Source of the DNA: Eledone cirrhosa
Lineage: Eukaryota
Length of the DNA stretch: 64,000 nucleotides
Assembly (NCBI GenBank): GCA_964016885.1
Contig: OZ024741.1
Coordinates: 368,032,001 to 368,096,000, forward strand
Direction: 5' to 3'
Below, piece after piece: positions 1 to 12,349 of this stretch. Position numbers and translations under genes: made by a program. How positions within the stretch are numbered: the stretch's first letter is position 1; every line of letters begins with the position of its first letter. The notes below the pieces were generated by a model. The model saw only the letters and a program-made list of their open reading frames with translations. It was not told the DNA's origin and searched no databases.

Positions 1-1339
1 TGAACAAAAGTCAACTATATCCAACAATTACAGGTTACAGATCAGTAGACGGAAATATATTGGGCAAGTCACCCAAATATATGTATATTATATCCTCTAG
101 CCTCCATCATTACTACTATTTTAATAGCTATTGCCCTGTGCTTCCTCAGATGGATAAATCTTCTCCAACACTGCTTGTTGCCAATCATTGTCATCCTTTG
201 CCATCTGTTACATAAAGTCAATTTTCATTACTTTGTCCTTTATTTTCATAAATCTCCTTCCAAAGCTTCCATCCACTTTAATTGCTGTGCACTTCTTTAT
301 ACTGCTGTCAATTAATAAATTATATTATGCTATTTGAATTATTTTATAACTTCCAAGCCCCAATTCCTTGAATGTGATAAATACATGCTCTCCTCTTTAT
401 TATTTCATTTGGTTAGCATATTGCGGCCTTTGCTTCCAACCAGTAAATTGTAAATTATGTTATGCTATGTTTTATTCTATAAGTTATGCAAACATTTCAG
501 AGTTGTACTTGCATGATACGTGACATGATTTGAGTTTGGGTGCAGAATCTAAAGCAATTACATCACAGGAGAGTAATTTTAATGAAGGTGTGTGGCCTAG
601 TTGTTAGAGTGTTGGACATACAATCATAATGGTGTGGGTTTGATTCATAGATTGGATTGTGCATTGTGTTCTTGTTCAAATACACACATGTACTTCCCTG
701 ACATTTGTGTATTATTCTATGTACTATACGTACACCTTTGACGAGTTGTAGTGCACCTGAGCACTTTACACAATAATTTCATTATTATTATTATTATAAA
801 ACACTAAAGTACCAGTAATGCACTGGGTAATTGCTGGCCTTGTGCCTAAAGTAGAAACAATTATTATAAAACACTTCATTTCATGCTGCTCCAGTATACT
901 CAGCTGAAAACGAGTACCAGCAGTAGGTTTAACCTTGTGACAGACTGGCGTCCTGTCTAGTGGGAATTCCTGTACTCTCAATCAGTTAATGCCAAAGAAA
1001 CTGGCTTAATGAGCTTCCAGGCTTGAGACAGACTTTAGACGTTTTTTTAGAGTAATTTCAGCCATTCAGATACACACAAAAACTATTAAATTTACTTTAC
1101 ATTTACCATTTCTTGGTGTGAAAACTTTTGTTGTCCTGTTTGTGATTTGGCACCTGGCCACTGATGCTGTTTCACACAGAGTAATGAAAATTTTGTTACT
1201 AAGAAATAAATGATAAATTTAAAGCAAATCTAAGAGTTTTTGTATGTGTTTTGAATGGTTAAAATAATTCTTCCATGATATATATAAACATGTTTTCCTG
1301 TTAATTGTTCATTATCTATAATATTCTTTTAATTTTCAG

Positions 1340-1433
1340 ATTTTTCATCCTCAAAGATGGTTACTTATTATATTATCCAGAGAATGAAAAGAAAGAGATT
1401 GATAAGCGACAACACCTAAACATACATCCAAAG
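1340..1433 (+). CDS. PLEKHD1: PLEKHD1-like gene, first coding exon in window (PH domain; upstream exon(s) outside window)
   Basis: ttttcag acceptor, AAG|gtaaac donor; encodes (R)FFILKDGYLLYYPENEKKEIDKRQHLNIHPK, matching the recalled PLEKHD1 PH-domain segment FFIIKESFLLYY...NIHPK. Confidence 0.92.
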
Positions 1434-1804
1434 GTAAACTATTCATTCTGAGATAGTCTCAATAACCTTCTGCATAAAGATAAGCTAGTTTTGTTAGTTA
1501 CTATTATTGATACTAATCAACATTAATTACATAATCATTGTTAAACACTTTTCTTCTAGTTTCTATTTAAGTGTAACCTCACACTAATGGTTCTTTAACC
1601 CCCCACCCCCACCCACACACACACACACACAGAGTGGTTGACACTAGAAAGAGCATCCTCCACCTACTTAAGTAACATGTAGCCTGATGTTTGTTCTATC
1701 AGCTTATTCTTGTCCTTGCATCCTCAGCTGGGCTAAGAACACACCAAGCGTTCGAATGCGTTTGCACTGGTAACATGATAAAACACATTCAATACACTCT
1801 TTAA

Positions 1805-2022
1805 CCCTTTAGCATTTACATTACTCTATATTTACTATTGTATTTTCATGGTAAAGACTTTACCTCACATACTTATCCCACATATCGAATCTACGAGATT
1901 TTGATATTATTTATTTTTAGAACAATATCATAACATAAGTATGAGCAGCCGGTTACAGCTGATTTGAAAAGAAAGAGGTGAGAAAATTCTGGCTGGATAT
2001 GGCCGGTTTAAATGCTAAAGGG
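1805..2022. mobile_element. piggyBac-like MITE family 1
   Basis: TTAA on both sides, TIR CCCTTTAGCATTT / AAATGCTAAAGGG; other copies ~19387-19911 and ~39520-39866. Confidence 0.8.
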
Positions 2023-3442
2023 TTAAAGTGATAGTGCTGATGGTACGACAACATCACCAGTCAATTCTGTAAGGTGGTAGTACTAGTGCCAAAACAAAAA
2101 GTACCCTGTAAGGTGGTCATACTGGTGCCACAACAAAAAGTACCGGTTTATCTTGAATGGTGGTCATACTGGTCTTATAACAAAACCACCCAGTCCACCC
2201 TGTATGGTGGCAGTGTTGGTACTATGAAAAAAATCTTTCTGTATATGCTGTAAAGTGTTTGGCATTAGGAATGGAATTCAGCCATATAAAACCAAGCCCA
2301 AAACAGAGCATATGAGAAAGATGTGGTCACCTGATCTGTCTAGTCTCATAACATGACAGCCTGTCTAACCCATGCAAGCACGGGAAATGGATGATAAACA
2401 GTAAGTATTATAATATATATAATACAATAATACATGTTTAAATAACAACAACACAAGCCTTTGTGGAAACCTCTATATGGTTACTCAGGTTGCTATAAAA
2501 AGCTCATAAATTCCTTTAAATTACACTGTATCATTTTGAATAATGGAAGGATAAATTGTGTAATAAAAATTATTTGTGATAATTGTGTAAATATGCAAAA
2601 AATGTGATGATCACAACTGGGACTCCTTTGATAAGTTTATTCTGTCAGACCTGGGACTAATCAACACTATTTATATATACCAACAACACAGGCTAAGTAA
2701 GGAGCTTGTATATGTTCACTTAACTTGCTATGAATAGCAGGAAAATCTCTGAAACCACACCCTACTCTCTTAAAACCAGCTGTATTGGATAACGTAGTCT
2801 GGGTTACAACTATATATGAAATATAAGATGGGAAGGTCATGACTGGAACGCTTTTTGAGCACAGGTTTGCTAGATGAAGTCTGACTTGAGGCTAAACAAC
2901 AATAACAGCATATAACAAACAATACAGTAATTGTAACATAAGGCTATATTCAATATGCACTCATTCACATACTGTTACAGAATCGGAACAAATATTTGAC
3001 CTAGTAAAATAAAAGCAAAGTTTCCTATAAATATGTGGTCAATATTTGTATGTTGTACTGGTTACTATTATAATCAGAAAGTAATTGTGTTGTTATGCAC
3101 CTTATAAACTATCAACTCTTGATTCCAACTTGCCTGAGACCAACCCAAATTCTATGATATAAAACTGTCTATTTTAAAACATTTTATTTAAATTTATATT
3201 AGCTTTCAAAATTTTACATAAAACCCTTCTGTTCCGTTATATTCCAAACACCAACTTTATAATGGAGAAATTAGCTATTTCACAAAATCTCTCCAAATTC
3301 GTGATTATTATAAAAATGGATATAACTTTAGTCTTTGTCTATTTTAAAGTATCATTTTGCCAAAATACATTGTGAGGTTCCGAGGAATAATAAATTGTGT
3401 TTATTTATTTATTTTAAGAAAATTTGCTTTATTTATTGATTT

Positions 3443-3962
3443 GTGAGTTTTATATTGAATAATAATAATATTCGATTCATTTGCAAGCACACAGCCTCAT
3501 TATGCTATGTTTTTTAGATGACTATCGCCATTCTTTTGTTCTAGCAGTGGTATCTCTTGCCTTAAATTAAAAACTAAATTAGCTTTTGCTCCAACATAGT
3601 GGATATGTAAATGCACTCGTGAGTTTTATATCGGATAAGCCAGCAGTAAAATTGCTTGGTATGCAAATTAGGCTAATCAGCCAATGTATACTTTAGAGAA
3701 TACTATATATTCTCAAGAGTTCTAGTGTGTAACAGAGAAGAGAGATAAACAATCTTGACAAAGAGCAATAACCCAGAAACAATATTATTGTTGATTGTTG
3801 CTCTCTGCCACTGCTAGAACAAAAGGATGACAATAGTCATCTAAAACACATAGCATCATGAGGCTGTTTGCTTGCAAGTGAATCAAATATTATTATTATT
3901 ATTCAATATAAAACTCACAAATGCATTTACGTATCCGCTATTTTAGAGCAAAAACTAATTCT
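3443..3962. repeat. fold-back element with long imperfect inverted arms
   Basis: 3444-3550 is the reverse complement of ~3808-3922; 3572-3628 pairs with ~3908-3962. Confidence 0.75.
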
Positions 3963-4668
3963 GCTTTATTTACAATTGTATAAATAACATTACAAATGGA
4001 GAAGGGGTAAAGAAGGTCAAATCTGGCTATGTGAGAAAGTAGAGAAAAGGCCTATAAAAGCCATAAATGAGAGGAAAAAAGGGGGGAAACAAGGACTTTA
4101 GGACCACAGAAGAAACGCAGCAAGAGAGATTTTTGAATCGCCGCAGAATTTTTCCCTCGGGGCGGAAGTTGAGATACATTCTCCTACGCTGATAGCGATT
4201 GGCTGAACTGAGCCAAACAACGTACAGAGAATGTATCCATGAGCCCTCGGAATGTAAGTCACTACAGGGGTATGGGATCTGGGCCTTGGACGCGGCAGTG
4301 TTAAAAATTAATTGAAACATGTGGATAGTGTATTTTGTTAGAAAATATGGTCATGAAAGTTAAAGTATTTCTATTATATTTTGTTTTTTAAATAACTACC
4401 ATATAAAGCCACACCCTCTCATTCCATACATTTACAATGTACCATATATTTTGTATTGAGATTTTATAGTCACAGTAGATAAGTCACATACTGAGTTATC
4501 AAGTCATACTTCTGTAGGAAAAGGTATGACTTATACACAAGTATATGCAGTTTACATTAGATTATAATCTAATATCATAATGACCATTTCTTACATATGT
4601 GTGTGTATGTGCATGTCATAATGACCATATATTATATGGGTTTGATGTATTTATCTTTCTACTTGCAG

Positions 4669-4758
4669 GGTATTGTCCCCTTAGGTGACTGTCAGGTGAA
4701 TGCCACTCAAGATCCATCTCATCAATTTGCTTTCATTGTCAGCAGTGCACAAATAAAT
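4669..4758 (+). CDS. PLEKHD1: PLEKHD1-like exon 2 (PH domain)
   Basis: ttgcag / gtaagt; phase 0-0; GIVPLGDCQVNATQDPSHQFAFIVSSAQIN (cf. GVIPLGGC). Confidence 0.92.
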
Positions 4759-5249
4759 GTAAGTTTAATTGTTGTTGTTGGCAAAATCAGTAGTGCACAG
4801 TTTGGAGTTGTTCTAGTTGTAAAGACAGCAAATTGACAGTCATTAGAGCATCGGATTAAATACCTTTGGCATTTGTTCCAGCTTTCTGTGCTCTGAGTTC
4901 AAATCTCACTGAAGTCAACTTTTCCTCTCATCCTTTCAATGCCAATAAATAAAATACCAATCCATGGGCAGTGGATTGGCAGAATTACTAAAGAATTGGA
5001 CATAAAGCTCTACAATATCTGTTCTGGCTTTCTGCATTCTCAGTTCAAATCCAGTCTCCCTTCACCAGAAAGGTGACGATACTTAACAGAAGTTGTGATC
5101 GGCAGATATTATCTGCAATGAAAATAGTTTACTTGATCCAATCTGAAGAGCAGCTCCTTTCCTTTTTTGTTTATTTGTTGCTGTTGACAATCAATAGTGT
5201 CATTGTCAGCAGTGTTGTAATTATCAACAGTATACAAATGTACACAAAA

Positions 5250-5543
5250 GGTGGAGGCACATGGCCTAGTGGTAAGGGTGTTGGACTTACGATCATAATA
5301 TTGTGGGTTCGATTCCTGGGCTGGGTTGTGTGTTGTGTACTTGAGCAAAACACTTCATTTCACGTTGCTCCAGTATACTCAGCTGAAAATGAGTACCAGC
5401 AATAGCTGGAGATTTAACTCTGCAATGGACTGACGTCCTGTCCAGAGGAAGTCTTGTATTCTCAGTCGCTTCATGCTATGAAACCAGGATAAGCACTGGC
5501 CTAACGAGCCTTCTGGCTTAAGACAGACTTTAGAGTTTTAGAG
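5250..5543 (+). mobile_element. tRNA-derived SINE family B (representative copy)
   Basis: A box TGGCCTAGTGG, B box GGTTCGATTCC, 3' (agacttt)-type repeat; probable TSD acaaatgta. Related copies ~586-1040, 11130-11437 (different 3' half), 57461-57725. Confidence 0.85.
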
Positions 5544-5622
5544 ACAAATGTAAGTTTCATTTGGTGTTGTTGTTAGTAAAGTCGGTAATTTACAGTGACA
5601 TTTATCTCTTTCTCCTCTGCAG

Positions 5623-5699
5623 GGTCGTATTATTTTGGCAGCCGAGAATGAATTTGAACGAAACCGATGGGTCGAAATGCTTAGGAAGTCAAGCCAAGT
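5623..5699 (+). CDS. PLEKHD1: PLEKHD1-like exon 3 (PH C-terminal helix)
   Basis: ctctgcag / gtaagt; GRIILAAENEFERNRWVEMLRKSSQ(V) with the conserved PH Trp. Confidence 0.92.
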
Positions 5700-5724
5700 G
5701 TAAGTATTATTATTTCACTGGGAC

Positions 5725-5904
5725 GGTGGATTGGCAGTATCGGTAGAGGGTCGGATGCCATGCTTTCCAGCATAGTTACGTCCCTTTACGATCTGAGTTC
5801 AAGTCCTGCCAAGGTTGACTTTGCCTTTCATCCTTACGGGGTCGATAAAATAAAGTACCAGTAATGCACTGGGTAATTGCTGGCCTGTACCTAAAGTAGA
5901 AACA
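5725..5904 (+). mobile_element. tRNA-derived SINE family A (representative copy)
   Basis: A box TGGCAGTATCGG, B box GAGTTCAAGTCC, core ctttgcctttcatccttacggggtcgataaaataaagtaccag; 19-bp TSD attattatttcactgggac. Other copies ~10203-10390, 22143-22363, 22385-22600, 28209-28400, 37650-37805, 47143-47260(-), 48776-48992, 49196-49390, 56041-56225, 60640-60785. Confidence 0.9.
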
Positions 5905-6339
5905 ATTATTATTTCACTGGGACACATTGTTGGGGAGAGGGGGAAGGAGAGGTAGGTGAGGTGAGAGAGATACATTATTGGAGAAAGATAGAGAGAGAGA
6001 GACGTCTTGTTGGAGAGAGAAATAGGTGAGGTGAGAAAGAGATTATTGAAGAGAGAGATAGAGAGAAGGTCACATTGTTGGTGAGAGAGATGAGTTGGCA
6101 TATGAGTGTAGCAGACAGTCAAAATATCTTTATTGTATGAAAGGAAAAGGTATTTAAAAAAAAAGATCCAGTGTTCTAATTACTCTGCCAATTTGCCACT
6201 GTATAGTTAAAATGGTAGAAAAAATTTCTCATGGCAGATGTGTTTGTAGTGTAGTTGGTAAGTTGCTAAACCAGTAAGTCATAAATACTGCAATCTAGTC
6301 CTGTCAGTGGACATATTTGTAAGAAGGTTACTTAGTAAG

Positions 6340-6715
6340 TGATAGATACACGGATCTAGTGGCGTTTGTTCTCTTGTATGGATCAGAAGCATGGGGTATA
6401 ACTAGAAAAGATAACTGACAGCTCCTATATAAAAATGTCAGGCATTGCACTTAATGTTTCATGGAAATGGAAATTCAACCACAAATAATTGTATCAGCAG
6501 CTTCCATCAGTAATGAAAAAGATAAAACAGAGGAGAATGAAACTTGCAGGTTATTGTGTTTGTCACCATGAGGAGATAGCATCAGATGGACATACAAACA
6601 GGGGTAGAAAGAAAAAAATCCATTGATAGCCTGCAGGAAGAACTGAAGTTCGGAATATTGATGATGGATAGATAGCTTTGGAGGTCATGTGTAAAGAGAG
6701 TTCAGTAGCCTGGCA
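6340..6715 (+). mobile_element. old degraded RTE-like LINE fragment
   Basis: Remnant VLLYGSEAW...KIKQRRMKLAGYC. Confidence 0.55.
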
Positions 6716-7277
6716 GTCAGTATAGAAAAGATAAGTCTTGTTAGCAGTGATGTCTTAAGGCATGAACACACTGGGCAGTTGCTTGGGAAGCTCACAGGAC
6801 CTAGCGCCCCAATGCTAATTTATGTATGCTATGGATGTGTCTGTAGGCCTCCAGTGCATTCATTGCTTTGTCTGGAGGAGCCTATAATGCTGTGACAGAT
6901 ATAGGATTTGAATCCTCTCAGTGAACCTGTTGGTCTTTTCCATCTCAAATTGTTGCTTATATCTTTTGTCTGCTTCCTTTAAACTATTTGTTAGTTTATT
7001 TAACTATTTTGTTACCGTATTTTTGCCTAAAATTTTCAATAATTTTAAAAATAATAAAAAAATTTAGAGGGATTTAGAAGTATAACAAACTGATATTTAT
7101 TAAGCTGATGTTTCAAACATAACTTAACAAAGATCCTTGCATAAAATTATGATAGAAAGGTTTTTGATAAATATAAACACTTTAAAATAAATGGTTTTGT
7201 ATCATAAAGCAAGCAGTTGTTTCTGGCTGTTTGGTATCAAAAGGGTTCATTCTGTCTGTGTCTTTACCTCTTTCCAG

Positions 7278-7369
7278 GACTTGGAAGTGTTTACAGTTGG
7301 GGAACCTAATGATTAAACAATTAGAAACACAAGGACAACAGATGGCTCATGATAAACAGACCTATTATG
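7278..7369 (+). CDS. PLEKHD1: PLEKHD1-like exon 4
   Basis: tttccag / gtaagt; TWKCLQLGNLMIKQLETQGQQMAHDKQTYY (cf. TWKNAQLGEAMIKSLEAQG). Confidence 0.92.
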
Positions 7370-7479
7370 GTAAGTGAGCTCTATATGTCATTAAATCACA
7401 TATATTAGTTTAGATCAGTGAAGAAATGTTTATATCTCTGGCTTCTACAGTCGCTCCTTCATACACTGGTCAAATATAT

Positions 7480-7812
7480 ACTCTGATTATAAACTGGTCA
7501 CATTAATAACATATGACATCTACCCTGATCATAAACTGGTCACATTGATAACATGATATCTACCCTGATCATAAACTGATCACATTGATAACATGATATC
7601 TACCCTGATTATAAACTAGTCACATTAATAACATGATATCTACCCTGATCATAAACTAGTCACATTAATAACATGATATCTACCCTGATTATAAACTAGT
7701 GACATTGATAACTTATTATATCTACCCTGATCATACACTGGTGACATTGATACAAATATCTATGCTGATCATAAACTGGTGATATTGATAACAGATGATA
7801 TCTACTCTGATC
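7480..7812. repeat. minisatellite, ~40-bp unit, ~8 copies
   Basis: ctaccctgatcataaactggtcacattgataacatgatat. Confidence 0.9.
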
Positions 7813-8225
7813 ATCTGCAGGTTATTTTCCATAGTCTCAGGTCAACCTAAGCCTTTCAATGGAAACTATGGAATCACTTTGAGTGGGGTGTACCTGTAAT
7901 TCAAAGGCCCAACCTTGTCACATGCTGTGTGAGGTTGAATTTCTCTGACAATTACACTAAGGTTACACATGTTTGTGGAATACACTGACACTTGTATGTG
8001 AATTTCTTGTGTATTCAGTTTCATTGATCAAATAACAGGAACACTCATCATCAAAGCCGACGAAGGTTTATTTATTATTAGCTTACCTTAGGATCAATGT
8101 GAAGACTATATGGTGAAAGTTATTAAGCAGTTTTGAAAATACTAACAACTGCAATAATGCAATATTTATTTGACATGTCAGGTTATGTAATATCTAACTT
8201 ACATGTAATGTAAATTCTCTTGCAG

Positions 8226-8278
8226 ATCGGCTACAAAATGAAGTTATTGCTTTGTCTGATACTAAACAAAGAGCAGAT
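8226..8278 (+). CDS. PLEKHD1: PLEKHD1-like exon 5 (coiled coil)
   Basis: ctcttgcag / gtgagt; phase 1-0; DRLQNEVIALSDTKQRAD. Confidence 0.88.
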
Positions 8279-9093
8279 GTGAGTATTTACATTTCAGTGA
8301 TACTTTGTAGGCAAGGCTGACACAGACATACATAAACACAGGCATACACACAACACACATAGACATAGGCACATACACACTGACACAATCACACACACAC
8401 ACACACGGACAACAGTTGATCTGTCTGTGTTTCCTATCTCTCTATCAATGATACTGTGTCCAGTTGTTTGTTTAATACAAAAATCACATTCCTCTTTTGC
8501 AATATTTATATATTCTGGCAAATCATAAGAATTCATTCACATCTCTCCCCACAAACTGTTGAAGGTTACCCATTAAAATGTAAGTACCTAATCACAAACT
8601 CATTTGTACAACAGTACAAGATTGATGTTTGAACAGTAATTACTAGAATAACCAATACTGTAATGGATCTAATTTCTCAGCAAAAAGATATACTGTATAA
8701 AAGCCACACTAATAAAGTTGCACCCCCCTTTTACATACTACATTTATAATGTACCATCTATTTTGAATTGAGTAAAGTTACAATGTTGTTTTTCATATAT
8801 TTTCATGGAAAAATGTACAACTTACACAAGTATATACAGTATGCTTTTTTTTTCTTTTTTCTTTTTAATATATGAAAATATTACTTTTGAAATAACCTTT
8901 GCAGGTTGTTGGGGAGGTTGTGTTTAAGTGTGTGTTTTGTGGTTGTTTTATATTATGAAATATAATTAAAATTTGTTTATTTATTAATAAGTTTCACCGA
9001 AGGGCTGGTAATAACTGCAATTTGTGATAGTTTGGAAGATCTAAAATAGCATTTGGTTGTTTTGTTTTTAAAATAGCATTGTTATATTTACAG

Positions 9094-9188
9094 GAGTTGG
9101 AACAGTTGAATGAAGAACTTGCTAAAGAAAAGAGTCGGATGGAGCAACTATTAAAAGACATGGAGGATGACTACCAATGTGTAAAAGA
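9094..9188 (+). CDS. PLEKHD1: PLEKHD1-like exon 6 (coiled coil)
   Basis: tttacag / gtaagg; ELEQLNEELAKEKSRMEQLLKDMEDDYQCVK(E). Confidence 0.9.
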
Positions 9189-10583
9189 GTAAGGAGTGTT
9201 TATTCCTCCCTTGTTACCAGTTTTTCACCACCAACTTTAATACGGTAGTTAGTTAATGGTAGTTAGAGTAAATAAATGTTTGTTATACTTTAGGATGGTC
9301 ACACTGGTGACAACATAGCATGGCCAAATTATTTAGAGGTTCACTTCACAATCATTAGGTCTGTGTTTTGATCTCATTGTGTGGCACCTTGGGCAAGTGT
9401 CATTTACCATTGCCTCAGCTCGGCCGATACCTCGTTAGTGAAATTGAGGAGGCGAAAATAATTTGGAAGTCTGTGAGATGGACTGTAGCTGTAATTTAAT
9501 GGACCAGCCTTGTCACACACTGTCATGCTGAATCTGAGAGCTAAAATAAAGGAGAAAGGAATGAATATTGAGGAAAATATGTGGAATGCTCAGCCACTTG
9601 CATGTTAAATTCTCAAGCAGGCTGTTCTGTTGTTTAAACAATTGGAATACTTATTGAAACTGATATAGGCCCATCAGTCATACTGCCAATCAAAAACACA
9701 TGTATGTGCCAATTGTTTTTCACTTGTTTTATTAATCAATCAGATTATTTATCGATCAATCAGCTAATTAATTAATTAATTAATTAATTTTCCAAAGTTT
9801 TTTCTTCACAACCTGTGACTCTATTTGATGACTATTGTCCTGCGTGCCTCCTCTTCATTTATGCTTTCTCCATGTTTTCTGTTAAACAATAAAATGCACC
9901 CAGTACACTCTGCGAAGTGGTAGTACTGGTGACATGATAAAATACATCCAGCACACACTGTAAAGTGGTTGTTATGAAGAAGGGCATCCAGCCATAGAAA
10001 CCATGCCAAAATGAAACATATGAGCAAGATGTGTTCAACTGACCTGTCAAGTCTCAGAACGTCACCACACATTTGGTCCATTTCAACATGGAAAAGGATG
10101 TAAACGGTGATGCTGATGAAGAAGTGCAAAATACAATTTCACATCTAGAATTTTGCAAAACAAATATATAAACATGTTTATTATTTTATAGATATTATCT
10201 TAGTGGATTGGCAGTGTCGGTAGAGGGTCGGACACCATGCTTTGCAGCAAAGACTTACGGCCCTTTATGTTCAGAGTTCAAATCCCGCCGAGGTTAACTT
10301 TGCCTTTCATCCTTACGGGGTCGGTAAAATAAAGTACCAGTAATACACTGGGATAATTACTGGCCTTGTGCCAAAAGTAGAAACAATTATCTTAGAGCTG
10401 TTTGTCATAATTTGTGAACAATAGCATCATTGCTTACAGGTTTTCATCGGGACAGTCACTGATTTGTTGCATTTCTGACAGTCAGTTTGGTAAAGGCGTG
10501 TCTATAACTATTATTAATAGAAATATTATAAAGGACTTTATTTGAAGAACACTTTTATTTTTGCTATTTTCATAACAATACTC

Positions 10584-10772
10584 TACCTACCTATCTATCT
10601 ACTTATTTATCTTCCTACCTATCTACTTACCTATCTGTTCACCTACTTATATATCTACCTACCTATCTACCTACCTATCTATCTTGTCTTCCTACTTATC
10701 TATCTACCTATCTATTCACCTACTTATATATCTATCTACCTACCTAAGTATCAGTCTGTCTGTCTGTCTATC
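10584..10772. repeat. (TACC/TATC)n compound microsatellite upstream of exon 7
   Basis: Direct reading. Confidence 0.85.
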
Positions 10773-10841
10773 TTTCATCCTTCCTCCCTTCAAGCCACCA
10801 CTTTATGTATTCAACTTCTCTTTTCTTCCTTCCATCAATAG

Positions 10842-10935
10842 AGAATTAATGGAAACCTCGACAGCCATGAATGAACTAGAGATGAATAGTTCTGATTTGT
10901 TAAAACATCTGGAACAGCAAAAATCAGAATTACAG
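10842..10935 (+). CDS. PLEKHD1: PLEKHD1-like exon 7 (coiled coil)
   Basis: pyrimidine tract ...caatag / CAG|gtaatt; ELMETSTAMNELEMNSSDLLKHLEQQKSELQ. Confidence 0.88.
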
Positions 10936-12349
10936 GTAATTCTCTTGTTAATTTCAATGACATGTCTCTCTTCATAGTTCCATCTATCATGATATATGTA
11001 TACATACACACACACATATATTTTCCTATTGTATGTATACTAGTTTTTAGAATAAGTATCTATTTGTGTTATTAGAGTATCTCTGCATGTGAAACCTTGT
11101 GTATGTATATCTGTGTGTATACTCAGCATCGCTAGTGGTTAGAGCATTGGGCTTGCAATCAAGAGGTTGTGAGTTTGATTCTCAGACCGAGTGATGCGCT
11201 TGAGCAAGACACTTTATTTCACACTGCTCCAATTTACTCAGAGTTGCGACGTCACAGGTGCCAAGCTGTATTGGCTATTGCCTATCCCTTGGACAACATT
11301 GGTGGCGTGGAGAGGGGAGACAGGTATGCATGGGCAACTGCTGGTCTTCCACGAACAACCTTGCCCAGACTTATACCTCAGAGGGGAACTTTCTAGGTGC
11401 AAATCCCATGGTCATTTGTGACCGAAGGGGGTCTTTACTTTACTCCAGCTGCAGAAATCATATCAAAAAGAGTAGAACAAACTCTTCCGTGACATCAAGG
11501 ACATGACAACCTCTCTGTTGCTGGTGCTGCGATAAAAAAAAAAGACACCCAGTACAGTTTGTAAAGTTGTTGGAATTAGGAAGTGCATCCAGTCATAGAT
11601 ACTGTGCCCCAAATGGAACATATGAGTGAGAAGTGGTCCTCTGACCCATCTAGTAGGGATGTAACTCTGAACAAGAACTGACACAGGCTACAACAATCCA
11701 TTCAACTCATGTCAGCTTGAAATAATGAGGATGATAATATTGTATATGTGGATCGAGTGAAATCTGTTAGCTATTTCTAGCACACTGAACCACCACATTC
11801 AGACTGCATTGTTAGCTCAATGTTGTAATCATTGTAAAACATATTAAATGAAGCATGATTCCTAAACTCTTTAGGAGGACAGTAGCTCCAAGTAAGTACT
11901 GACTTAGTCTATAATGACCTGTCCAACCTCTGCCAGCATGGAAAAAAGAACAATGTAAAATTATAATGATTCATTCACTTACATATGTGCATGTGCTCTC
12001 TCTCTCTCTCTCTCAATCATATGACGATGATGATGATAGACCCCCACACAAATATCTCACTTAAACAGCTTCATTAATGTTCACAGACAAATTTCTGCTT
12101 TGGCTTCTTTCCCAGATATTAACAGTGTGAATAACAATTGAAAGTGAAACAATAAAAGTTTCACTCAGACCTACCAACATTATAAACCAGCTTATGTCAA
12201 TATAAAAAATTATTATAGTTAGCATATCAACTACTGCACCTTAGTACAGCATGCTCCATACAATAATAACAGCCCAAGCTTATGAGGTTACTGACCTGCT
12301 AAAGAGAGCAGCAAAATCTTTCTCAAATCACATCCTACATCATCATCGT

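Noticed and set aside
5725-5810. tRNA genes at A-box/B-box motifs
   Set aside because: No cloverleaf; the motifs are heads of multi-copy SINEs with TSDs.
7480-7812. CRISPR-like array (also 58917-59068, 63178-63326, 27925-28163)
   Set aside because: Head-to-tail tandem units with no unique spacers, no cas genes, eukaryotic intron context.
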